Assembly (NCBI GenBank): GCA_945787615.1
Contig: CALZJI010000002.1
Coordinates: forward strand, 1-57,335
Direction: 5' to 3'
DNA length: 57,335 bases
DNA from: an uncultured Chromatiaceae bacterium
GTDB lineage: Bacteria; Pseudomonadota; Gammaproteobacteria; JAADHS01
Shown here: piece after piece, positions 9,301 through 18,100 of the stretch
How the letters are laid out: every line of letters starts with the position of its first letter
How positions within the stretch are numbered: the first letter of the stretch is position 1
Program-made: the position numbers and the translations under genes
Notes under the pieces: generated by a model
What the model was told of the DNA's origin: nothing
The model's input: only the letters and a program-made list of their open reading frames with translations
Databases searched by the model: none

Positions 9301-11836
9301 GCCGCTGGGCCTCGTCGGACAACCGGTTGACGAAGTTGTCGAATACCCACCACCATCGAGCTTGATAGGCGGCCTGGATCATGACGTTCAACGGTTGCTG
9401 GTCATGGGGTAGCGCTAAACCCATCACCAGCGCCATGTTGGGCTTGCCCGCCTCAAGTAGGCCAGCCATATAACGTTTGGCGGTGTCTACGTTAGGGCGA
9501 CGTAGAAGCATCGTTGCCAATACGGCCTGTTGAGCTTCGTGTTGACTGACAGACGCATAATGTGCGACCAATTGTTCGCCCGCCAATGCGCGTAACGTTT
9601 CATCTTCGCCATGAAGGAACATGCCGCGTAACAATTGATTGGCAAGGGAGACTTCGCCAAGTCTTTGTAACGGCCGAATACGCGCCACAAGGGCGTTCCG
9701 CCTCTGGTCGCCAGTTGCCCGATTCGCCACCATTGTCCAGGTTTCGAACGCGTTCAGCCAATTCTCGTTTTCGCTGTGTTGTTTTGCGTCGTTTATAAGC
9801 GTGGCTATTTCTTCCGCTGGGTATGGCGCCGAAACCTGGGTTCGAGATGGGTCCGGTTCGTTGGAAGAGACACTTGCTATCAGTACCGCGCGCTGCGATC
9901 GTAGCAGGCGTGCTAGGAGGCGCCAATGGTTCACAATCTCATGAAGAGTTGTTGGTTGTTGTGCTCGCAGTAACAATGGCGGTTCCGGCGCTAAAAGCGT
10001 TGCAAGCCAAGACTCAGATTCATCGCTCGGCGCTTCAAGCTCATTTTGTGCCGTTAGGTAGGCCGATTCCGAGAGCTGATACGGTTTACTTGCTCGGTAG
10101 TGTAAGGCGACTTCAACACGAGGTTCACTGGAGCCGGCGCGCCACAGGCGGATCTCGGATACGGTGGGGGGTAGGGGCAGTTCTGCGATCCCAGCGTTTT
10201 GGAGTGGTGCCGATTCACGATGCAATGAAAACGGGCCGTCCTGCGTGTCCGCGGTTTCGCGGTGGTGTTGTTCGTTAAGCAACATCAATCCTAAGCTTTC
10301 TACGCCAAGCCAGGTTGGAGTGGGCGTCAACTCCCGCGTGGGAAGCGCTCGCAGTTTTATCGGCGGTTGCTGATCGAATTGCACCAGAATATCCGCCGGC
10401 CCGTTAAAGGCCTCTCGGTTAACAGCCACTCGTAAAACGGAAGGCGCTTCAAGCTTAGGAACGGGATAAACTAGGGCTGGTTCCGATGTGTTTGGGGCTT
10501 GATTAAAAAAACCACTGGGCAACAACGTGGCGGCCGCTGCAACATGTTGCTCTGCAACAACCCAGGAGCGTCCCCATTCCGTTGGCGCCAGTGTTCGCGA
10601 ATATTGAAAATAGCGGAACCGCCACTTCTCGCGTCCAGTATATCTTGGCAGTAAAGCGCGATAGAACGTGTGCGCACCTCGTAGACGGTCAGCTAACGTG
10701 GTGAGACTATTGGACTCTGGACGCCTTGTTGCTTCATCGGCGATGATATGAGTACCAATGAGGCCGCCTTCGCGGCTGCTGTTGTCTTTTACGATGTGCC
10801 GGGTCAGTCTCTCCCTTTCTTTCAGAGAGCCTTGTTCGACTATCCATTTGCGACGTTGGAGTAGATCAGCGGGTTCCTGTTCTACCGTTTCAATCCCGCT
10901 CGGCTGATCATGGAAACGATTTAGTTCAGGGAGAAGATAGTCGGGCTGGTCTTGGCGCAATAGCCGCGCGTAGAGGGGGGCACCAGAAGCCATCGTTAGC
11001 GTATGGTTACCTTCGGGTATGTCTAAATACGCTACCTCTAGGCGACTTAACAGCTGTGCTGCACCGTCGACTTCGAGTAACGCATATGAATCAACATTGG
11101 TGTCGAACGTTAATGTTCGCCACGGTTTATCGTCCAGATCGAGGTTGATTCGATATGCCTGAAAGGTCCGGCTCTCCGTCGACGGATATTGGTAGCGATT
11201 CTCAAAGGCGAGTCTAGCCGGCCCTAGTATACTGATCTTGTGCATGTTGCTGAGGGAAGGCCCGAGGCGCCAAAATGTATCGCCAGTGGCATCAAAGCTA
11301 CGTTTTATTTCGGTGGTCTCTCCCTCAAGTGTCAACAGCTCACGGTAGGGGCTGGGTGAACGCCAAGCGGCGAGGCGCGATATAAAGACGGCGAACTCTA
11401 TGGCGTCGTCATGATCGTTAGCTCGAGCGATGTTTATTAGTTGGTCTGAAGCATTAGAGCCAACTAGGAAAAGAGTCTGATCGTCTTCGTTACGGCGGAG
11501 CGTAACGTATTGATAGATCCCTGAACCATTAGAGACAGACACATCCACATCGTTGTTTAAAACCCGCTGTGCGGGGCGGAAAAGGCGTAATATGGTGAAG
11601 CGGGGCAAGCGCATCATGGTAGAATCGCCCGGCTCAAGACGTATCGTGTGAATGCCAAGGTCTTGGCGATAGGCCGGACGAACACCGTCAAACCAGTCAG
11701 GGCTACGCTCTACATTGTCCCATCGAAGCGGTAACGACGCTGCGTCTAGCACTTTCTGTTCGACAGTGTCCAGCTCGGCGTAGCTGGCCGGTAAAATGCA
11801 GAAAGAAAACAGGAAAAAATAAATAAACAGTTTCAT
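6392..11836 (-). CDS. Giant (1814 aa) secreted envelope protein with a helical-repeat middle and a beta-barrel-like C-terminal ~400 aa; function unknown
   Basis: It has a cleavable-type signal peptide (MKLFIYFFLFSFCILPASYAELD). Recurring module ends have the form P.G.H.L.L (IPEGNHTLTM, VPRGQHTLRL, EAGLHELEL). A helical, TPR-like stretch runs around NENWLNAFETWTMVA...LLEAGKPNMALV. The C-terminal region alternates aromatic and hydrophobic residues (VGLEYGLKHYF, IVVNLDWQQW, WQVHLQWRHDF, FFLSLTWHG). The start overlaps the upstream stop as ATGA. Confidence 0.8.
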   Translation of the reverse strand: MKLFIYFFLFSFCILPASYAELDTVEQKVLDAASLPLRWDNVERSPDWFDGVRPAYRQDLGIHTIRLEPGDSTMMRLPRFTILRLFRPAQRVLNNDVDVSVSNGSGIYQYVTLRRNEDDQTLFLVGSNASDQLINIARANDHDDAIEFAVFISRLAAWRSPSPYRELLTLEGETTEIKRSFDATGDTFWRLGPSLSNMHKISILGPARLAFENRYQYPSTESRTFQAYRINLDLDDKPWRTLTFDTNVDSYALLEVDGAAQLLSRLEVAYLDIPEGNHTLTMASGAPLYARLLRQDQPDYLLPELNRFHDQPSGIETVEQEPADLLQRRKWIVEQGSLKERERLTRHIVKDNSSREGGLIGTHIIADEATRRPESNSLTTLADRLRGAHTFYRALLPRYTGREKWRFRYFQYSRTLAPTEWGRSWVVAEQHVAAAATLLPSGFFNQAPNTSEPALVYPVPKLEAPSVLRVAVNREAFNGPADILVQFDQQPPIKLRALPTRELTPTPTWLGVESLGLMLLNEQHHRETADTQDGPFSLHRESAPLQNAGIAELPLPPTVSEIRLWRAGSSEPRVEVALHYRASKPYQLSESAYLTAQNELEAPSDESESWLATLLAPEPPLLLRAQQPTTLHEIVNHWRLLARLLRSQRAVLIASVSSNEPDPSRTQVSAPYPAEEIATLINDAKQHSENENWLNAFETWTMVANRATGDQRRNALVARIRPLQRLGEVSLANQLLRGMFLHGEDETLRALAGEQLVAHYASVSQHEAQQAVLATMLLRRPNVDTAKRYMAGLLEAGKPNMALVMGLALPHDQQPLNVMIQAAYQARWWWVFDNFVNRLSDEAQRHLWRGYEAQYWGRYTQAVAHWHNAGVGGGRLADSLEHGLRIETRLRTGNVQQRESAIVEWEQWQTHHPGPFGWQTTRGLVTHSSGGENVYVVERDLYFNTFRATRDGPVKLSVYGPVQLKFQVRPVHSTAGVEPVDGWIQLRDGNDLFIQPVNANRPARGVALVGKGEQLPGRKVTMTHVVEAGLHELELSAGDLPILVEILARRPQLPLAVLPPLTPEGVKRTMNNAFGSQPRSNESCVSTKIEPPIHVCRQSVNNADSARGDRKRRPLANTEFYIQRINRRRQTLGRSNGSDRHWLDTDTTRAAVAIKETPKERDFSADVDISDSESVRERMIRLLWWAEAEHDPAIRHNAIIYAESLLARNPHGSGLKAIFNRLSRDAKWELIGTVESSAGLRRVPLSGWQPESAAFKVRKVLLGLDDPNVQVLTGVSQWGFSMTNVSPVTVELELAAHNLPFQIPDWPQLRLELNDTEIQVQDLTQHSAAATLTVDVPRGQHTLRLSIVNPVVNQFVSLRVRETIPGTATQRSLLPRITRRYYHVATDAEPVQLRVAGPAWLRIDELRGTRTTSRYRLVTNGWQLIDLRPEAKHSQGLFRLYRRTLAEQRPELRSRMANANRPSPMEPLVEPSIGNRRHAPLAVPDQIPLGDQEDGTWSFDGKFVSRRQVDEDSTREEEAEQFLQFSATHRFFAEPRHHYWHSTIFGRFREHGGTVIGLKGGLHYFPKWHSWRLALGGQLLAQDLNNDTINTNHHGEIEWAGLARAVLYQQRKLNSKTIHRPAATLFQRWLSMNKNTEYPVNALDQDVFTQYKADHRRGLRLSDTLVHRPWLDTKWYGGVALMTNENLNPFDLDYVGGRIGWRQLAGPMQVGLEYGLKHYFADADRSNALNRSNIVVNLDWQQWQSRLRRWQVHLQWRHDFHGSDNSFFLSLTWHGGNGRGFRDFRPGEEDFMWLRQWQSAKRPINSAAKEMTRD

Positions 11837-12726
11837 CCGCTGCCCCCGACACTACATAGGGCGAGGTGGCGGCGCAGCGCCGCATCGCGAACGAGCTGTT
11901 TGCGCAGCGGCTTACTTAGCTCAAGGTGAATAAATCCGCTATGCCCGAGACCCCGTAAGGCCGCCGCATTTTTATTTTTTGTGCCGCCCAGTTCTCGAAC
12001 ATCCCATGGAAAAATCCTCACTAGTCGCTTTGTCGAGGTATTTAAACAGGTTGCCATCTCGATGACTGTGTTCGATGGCCAGCGGTTTGCCGCACTGATA
12101 ATCATATCCGCCGCGCGGCCTTGTTCTGTTCTTCGCTTTGCGTTATCAAATCCGTGTAGCTGAATGAGTTGACCGTTGGGCATGTGGCGTGCGAATGCAC
12201 GCGTGAAGGCGTTGAAATACGTATCGGATAGATGGGCCATATCGGCGTCGCGGCGGTTACCCTTTTCGGTGTAGAACCTAGGGGCGGTGTTCCACGCACC
12301 CGCTTTAAAGCCGGCCTCGGTTAGCAGCCGGAATCCGATCGTGCCGGTATAAAGATCTTTGAAACTATGTGGAGCTTGAAGTACCGTGTTGGACTCTCGT
12401 TCTGGTACGAAGGCAAAAAAGCCGCGACCGAGTCGCGAAGAGGCCTGTTCTCTCAAGAGAACGAAAGCTACGTTAGCTATACGGACCTCTATGATTTCGA
12501 AACCAAGTTGCCGCCACCGACTCTTTACTTCGGCGCCGGTTTCGCCGCGGTATAGATTTGAGAATAGAGACTCTGCATTCTTTAACTCGTTTAATGATGG
12601 CGCTTGGTACGCGTTAGCTTTGCTGTCTCGCCAAAGCGTGACTAAGTCGTTCCCCAAACAGGGCGCTATGGCGCTAACGCCTACATAAACCGTTGCAAGC
12701 ATAAACCTAATAAAGCTAAGCGTCAT
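11833..12726 (-). CDS. Putative lipoprotein with a PghP/DUF867-like (poly-gamma-glutamate hydrolase fold) domain; tentative
   Basis: With the start at the ATG at 12726, the N-terminus MTLSFIRFMLATVYVGVSAIAPC resembles a lipoprotein signal. LQAPHSFKDLYTGT, DADMAHLSDTYF and LIQLHGFDN resemble the three metal/catalytic segments of PghP as I recall them (PHAGGIE.GT, LH.TS.HFD, FHGY). The longer start at 12780 would overlap the upstream gene by 65 nt. Confidence 0.6.
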   Translation of the reverse strand: MTLSFIRFMLATVYVGVSAIAPCLGNDLVTLWRDSKANAYQAPSLNELKNAESLFSNLYRGETGAEVKSRWRQLGFEIIEVRIANVAFVLLREQASSRLGRGFFAFVPERESNTVLQAPHSFKDLYTGTIGFRLLTEAGFKAGAWNTAPRFYTEKGNRRDADMAHLSDTYFNAFTRAFARHMPNGQLIQLHGFDNAKRRTEQGRAADMIISAANRWPSNTVIEMATCLNTSTKRLVRIFPWDVRELGGTKNKNAAALRGLGHSGFIHLELSKPLRKQLVRDAALRRHLALCSVGGSG

Positions 12727-15190
12727 CGCCGAAAAACCTTTCCGTGAAAAATGCTCGCGAATCAAATTCGCCAGGTACAATACGGTAGAGCGTTAAGTAG
12801 CTCTCTGGTCCAGAATCAATTTCCAAGTGAATGCGATACGATCCCGGGCTTAGATCGCTGCCCAACGGTAGAAAAAAAGGGGCCCCTTTAGATACAAATT
12901 CGTTATGGGTGTTGAGAACCGGAACCGGTTGGTCGTTGTTATGGTTTGTTCGTGCATCAACGACTCTGTCCGTAAAGCTCCAGGTTTTGAAGGGGCCGAT
13001 CTCTTGTTGCGCGTGTCGTTCAATTCGGACATGAAGCCTTACCCGATGATGCTCATCGTTGGTGGAAAACAGTTGCGCCGAAAGTACCTCTTCCAAGTCC
13101 CTTTTAAGGTAATTAAACGTCAACCCATCGGACGGGATGCGGTAGCTCAGGCGCTTTATATACGCAGGAGCGTTCCCCATGGCGTGATTGATAAACCACT
13201 TACCGGATTCATTGGACGATACGTTCAACGTTCCGGTTCCTGGGGGGATGGGAGGAAGGCGTATCTCCCCACGGGAGCCTGCCACCAAACCGGAAAATAA
13301 CACCTCTCCGTTAAACGTGACTTCCGTTCGAGCAGGCGCGCGAACGTTGCGTACAAAAATTAAACTGGGGCGAATTCTGGAGAAGCCCTTTAGCGCTTGG
13401 AACGTTATGGGCGAAGGGCGATGAAGGCTAAGTTCCACGAACGTACTGGCTAGTGCTTCCTTTCTTAGTGGAGCATTTTCTTGTTTTGGTGTTAACAGAT
13501 GACGTCCTAGCCATGGGCCCTCCGGCTCGTAGCTCTCCCAACGGTATTGGCCGCTAGCAATATCTGAACTAACTTTCGGTGGTCGTCGTTGTATGTTAAT
13601 CGAATGACTGCGATGCTCGGTCATCAACACGGCGGAATTGGCTGGACGGACCAAAAACCAGGCGGGTTGGCGTTTATCATCGTCACGAGAAAAGTAATAG
13701 TCCTCGGGTACTCTTAAGTGGCGTTCGAGATCTATGGGGCGCGTATAGGCTGTAACAAGTGTAGGAGTATTGGAATAGAGACGTATTGCCGAAACGTTAC
13801 TGGGTATAGCGAAGTAATATCGGGCTGGCTCAGACAATCTTAACGCGGCAGTATCTAGCGAAAATCGATCGTACACGCTAGGGGTGTTGTCAACCGCCAA
13901 TAAGCCTGCTTTGACTACCCGCCCATGTGAGTTTAACAGCTCGTAGCGTACTGACTCGCCGGAGGGATTGTCCGTCCGGCTCGCGAACGATCGAACGTCG
14001 ATTCGCAGCGGTGTTGCCCCATTAGCCACATGTTGGACAGAGAACTCAACGGGAGCGTCTAAGCGGGTCTCATAAGCGCGGAGATAGAACGAAGCGCCGG
14101 ACACTTCGTTGTTATTGCCGTTCTCGTGCGAAGTTGCGCGAACCACTAGTGGGACGGAAGCCTTTATCTCCAGCAGCCCACCATCAAACTGTCCTTTAAA
14201 GTCCATGGTGGACGGCGAAAGAATAACCTGGTTGACCGCGCGTTTGCCTGGCCCCCGACCGTACCAGTGTAAATAAACGCTTTCTCCGTCTGCGTTGAGG
14301 GTGTGGTTTTCCGTGGGGAGAAATTGCAGCGTAAGCTCCGCGCCCCCTTCGGGAATCGGAAGGACTCCGCGTAACCATCGGTCGACAAATAGGCCCGCAG
14401 GGCGCGTCGACTCGGCCTCAATCGAAATTAGCGGATCCTCCTTGTTATTTATTACATAAAGTTTTCGATCCAGGTAATCTTTGCCTCTGACGCCTTTAGG
14501 GCCCGCCGGCTTACTTCGATTTAATAACAAGTTGCGCTTTTCCGCTTCGCGAAGCAACTCATGTCCGTAGGCGCTACCTCGGGCGATACTCCCTCGCTGT
14601 TTGTTGCTTAGCCGATGCCAAGCTGTTGCTAACTTATGTTCCGCCACGGGATCTGCTTCATAGAGCCTAACCACAGCATCAACAATTTCCGGGTCGCTAC
14701 CGGCAAGACGAACACGCAGGAGAGCGAGCCTATTAAACCCGGAAGTGTTAATCAGCGTTACTCCGCTATCCGAGGGCACGTTCGGGGTATTGAGGTAAAA
14801 AAGCCGAGTTAACTCTCTATTATTTTGCTTGTCGAGATAAAACGATACGCGCGCTCGATGGTGATAGATGCTCTCTTCTAGGACCTGCCCATCGCTATTT
14901 ATCACCTGATACTCGATGGCATACTTTCCAACCGTATCGACTTGTCGCGACGCCTGCTGCCGTACGCTGGCATTGAACAGTAGCGTGATGACGCCCCCCT
15001 TTCCAGACAGGGGAAATTCGAGCCACTTGGTCTCGTCCAAGACATATACGGTTCGCGGTTGTGCATTTTCAAGGAGCGACTTACCGAGTTGAACATGAGT
15101 TCGCCAAGGCAGTACCTGCCAATAACTCGCCGCATGCCAGCCTACTGCTAGCATTAATAGTAATATGAACGTTCGGCCGAAAAATCTCAT
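12716..15190 (-). CDS. 824-aa signal-anchored or secreted protein of unknown function
   Basis: The N-terminus has a hydrophobic segment (MRFFGRTFILLLMLAVGWHAASYW). The protein is predicted to be beta-rich. Its module ends resemble those of the 1814-aa protein (LSPGSYRIHLEI, IPPGTGTLNV). The start overlaps the upstream stop as ATGA. I recognise no family. Confidence 0.75.
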   Translation of the reverse strand: MRFFGRTFILLLMLAVGWHAASYWQVLPWRTHVQLGKSLLENAQPRTVYVLDETKWLEFPLSGKGGVITLLFNASVRQQASRQVDTVGKYAIEYQVINSDGQVLEESIYHHRARVSFYLDKQNNRELTRLFYLNTPNVPSDSGVTLINTSGFNRLALLRVRLAGSDPEIVDAVVRLYEADPVAEHKLATAWHRLSNKQRGSIARGSAYGHELLREAEKRNLLLNRSKPAGPKGVRGKDYLDRKLYVINNKEDPLISIEAESTRPAGLFVDRWLRGVLPIPEGGAELTLQFLPTENHTLNADGESVYLHWYGRGPGKRAVNQVILSPSTMDFKGQFDGGLLEIKASVPLVVRATSHENGNNNEVSGASFYLRAYETRLDAPVEFSVQHVANGATPLRIDVRSFASRTDNPSGESVRYELLNSHGRVVKAGLLAVDNTPSVYDRFSLDTAALRLSEPARYYFAIPSNVSAIRLYSNTPTLVTAYTRPIDLERHLRVPEDYYFSRDDDKRQPAWFLVRPANSAVLMTEHRSHSINIQRRPPKVSSDIASGQYRWESYEPEGPWLGRHLLTPKQENAPLRKEALASTFVELSLHRPSPITFQALKGFSRIRPSLIFVRNVRAPARTEVTFNGEVLFSGLVAGSRGEIRLPPIPPGTGTLNVSSNESGKWFINHAMGNAPAYIKRLSYRIPSDGLTFNYLKRDLEEVLSAQLFSTNDEHHRVRLHVRIERHAQQEIGPFKTWSFTDRVVDARTNHNNDQPVPVLNTHNEFVSKGAPFFLPLGSDLSPGSYRIHLEIDSGPESYLTLYRIVPGEFDSRAFFTERFFGDDA

Positions 15191-18100
15191 CCCGTTTTCC
15201 TCGTAACCAAGAAACCGGCCCGTCTATCGATGAACCGTTGGATGAGTGTGTGATTGAGGACACCCTGAGGCGCGAAAATTACATCGTTGGTCTGGCGAGG
15301 CGTGGTATTCGCCACAAGCGTCAAACGCTTTTTATTATCTAGGACCAACAGGAACGTTTGTCGCGTATCACGGTCTATGAGGCGCTGGTAGCGGTGTCGA
15401 GGCCAATCTACTTGTAAACGGCGGAGGGTTACAATATCACCAGTCAGCAAATAGCGCTCTACGGTACGTTGCAAATCTAAGGTCGTATAAGGGGACGGTC
15501 GACCCGAGAATCTTGATAGAAACTGATAAAGGTTGACTTCGATCGTTTCTATCCCCAATGAGCGAAACTTTGCCGCTTCCTGGCGATTGTTGTCTTGCTG
15601 TCGGTACGTTGACCTTGTGCTGGGCGGTACCCACAAAATAACAAATTCTTTATTGGTGGTGGCGTTTAGATACAAGGCTTGTGGTTCGTTCCACACCTCA
15701 TAACCCGCGGTTTGGGGAGATCCATCGACAAAACGATAGCCAATGTTATCTTGCTCAAGCAAAGACAAGAGGTTCTTACCCAAGGCGTTCATTTCCGCAA
15801 GACGTTTTACACCATTACGGTGTGATATAAGGACGTTGTCGACAGGAGAAGTGTCCTTGCGTCTTCCTAATGCACGGCTTTGGATGACCATGAGAGGATT
15901 GCCGTGGGTTTCACGTAACAGGGCTTGGCTCACCATGCTAAACAAGCTATGGACGTTTGATAACCGTATTACGTCTGAACTCCCGTCTAAATTGGCCCTA
16001 GGGTGCGCGCCGGCAATCAACAATACCCTGGCATCCAACCGTTCAAACAACGCAACGGCGTATTCGAAGCTATTGGCTTCAAAAAGTGGCCGAGGTGCTT
16101 GTATTACGTAGTTATTAGCGGATCCTAGTCTGAAAACATACGTCCCCCAGAAACGTCGCGGTTTAGCCTGGTCACGCTCCGCTAGGATGACATAATTCTT
16201 GTCGGATGGTGAATGGCGGTACTGAAAAAGTTCATAATCGATAATAGCCGCTGATGCTGTAATATTCTGTAATTCAGCGAGTCCTTGCGCTGTCCAACCG
16301 GTCTTTGTGTGCTCGTCACGTAACACGTTCCATAGCGGGGTAATGACTTCATCGTCAAGAAAAAGCAATTCTTCGAGTTCGGGAACAATATAGGCTTGTG
16401 TACCGCGTTGGGCGATTCGTTCTTTCGACTCGAATAACCACTCTTGGAGGTGCCCGTCGATACGTAGGTCGCTAATGGTAAGCGGTAAAGCATGTTCCGT
16501 CAGTATGGAACGGCCTAACAGTTGCCTCATATTGGAGCGATTCAACATGAGCTCCGCAAAACCAGTTCGCGTTTGGTTTCGCTGTCGGTTGACAAATGGC
16601 GAGTTCTCCCAGTTGATCTCGAAATCGCCGACCAGTTCTTTGATCATGGGTAAATCGAGACTGGGAGGCAATGTTGCGCGCACCCACATGCGGCTAGGCA
16701 GTTCGGTTACGTCGATTTGCGCCGCTTCTCGTCGTAGTCCGGCTAAAACCCGCGCATGTTCTCCAGTGTAACCGCGTACTTGGAGGAGATCTCTGCGGGT
16801 AGCGATTCGATGAAACGCGTCATAAAGCGTAGTGGAACTGTTTAAAACATCGGCACTACCGTCCGGGTTTGCGTTTCGGCGAGCACCGGCGATGGCCAAC
16901 GCTTTTGCTTCGGATCGCATGAACAGTACCGTACCCGCCTCCAGCGTCCCCCTTTCCTCTAATGGAGCGGGGACTTCTATGGCAAAGTAGTCTCGAGCCT
17001 GTTTATCAATGACATATACACCCCACCCTCGGCTCGGTTCGCGTTCTCGAAGATAAAGATAGCGATCATCAACACGGTATAGTTGGTAGTTGACCTGCGC
17101 CAAAGACGACTCGGCTTGTCTCAAAAGCGTTATGTCGCCATTTGGATGATAGCGCATCAATAGCTCGATGCCGGAGCGAAACGCCGCCACTTCGGAGGGC
17201 AACGGCGTGGGCACGCCTGCTTTTCCGCGAGGTCGATACAACGTTACCTTGTCTTCACGGACCATATCGATAAGCGACTTATCCTTCACGACGACCGTTT
17301 GTATATACGTCGCGTTATGATCGGCATTCGCTCCCAATTCCATAAACGGAAGTAGTGTGAGCGAAAAGCCTATAATACTTGCCGCAACAACCGCTACCAA
17401 AGAAGTTTGAAGCGTCGCGCGCGTTAGACGGCTAACGATATTCTTATCGTGCATCTTTATGGCAATCAACGTAGACAGCAGGTAGCCGAATGCATAAGTA
17501 TCCGTTACCTTGATTTCCGGGAAGTACCAGAGAAACACGTATCCCGTGATAACTTTGTAAACAAAGCCAACGTTAAAGAACAATAATAGTTTCCGGGCCC
17601 CCTCAATATTGAATTGATTAAACGGCGGGGTTCGCATCAGTAAAGCGCCGATACCGAGAATGATAAGCGCCTCAAATAAAGACGTGAAAATTTTTAGCGG
17701 TTGATACCACTGTAGCGCAAGCAAAGAGGGTATAAGGATTCCGTTGAAATCCCAGCCATAACGAAGATTCATTCGCGATGCGATAAAGGCCGCCGTGAGG
17801 AGAATAATATAGGCTTTGGGTGTTGCGAGAACCGACGTCGCGAGGTCTTCATAAGTGTAGCCGAGGTTGCTTAGCGTAAAATTGGTGTACTCCATGAGAA
17901 TATATCTCACAATGAAATAGGTTACGCCGACGGTCACCACTAAAGGTGGCAAGCCACGCAGGAACCCGGTTTTCCACATTTGGTTGGCGATTAACGCAAT
18001 AATAACGAGGCCAAAGCTGTATAAGTTGTTACGATAGTCGAAATGTATCTGCCACGCCGTCTCTAGGTATGCGCCGGCCATGGGCAGTAGTGTGCTGTCA

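Noticed and set aside
12727-12780. Longer start (12780) for the PghP-like gene and longer start (18887) for the receiver gene
   Set aside because: The internal ATGs at 12726 and 18812 give a proper lipoprotein signal and receiver N-terminus, respectively. They also reduce the overlaps to the short coupling type seen at the other junctions.
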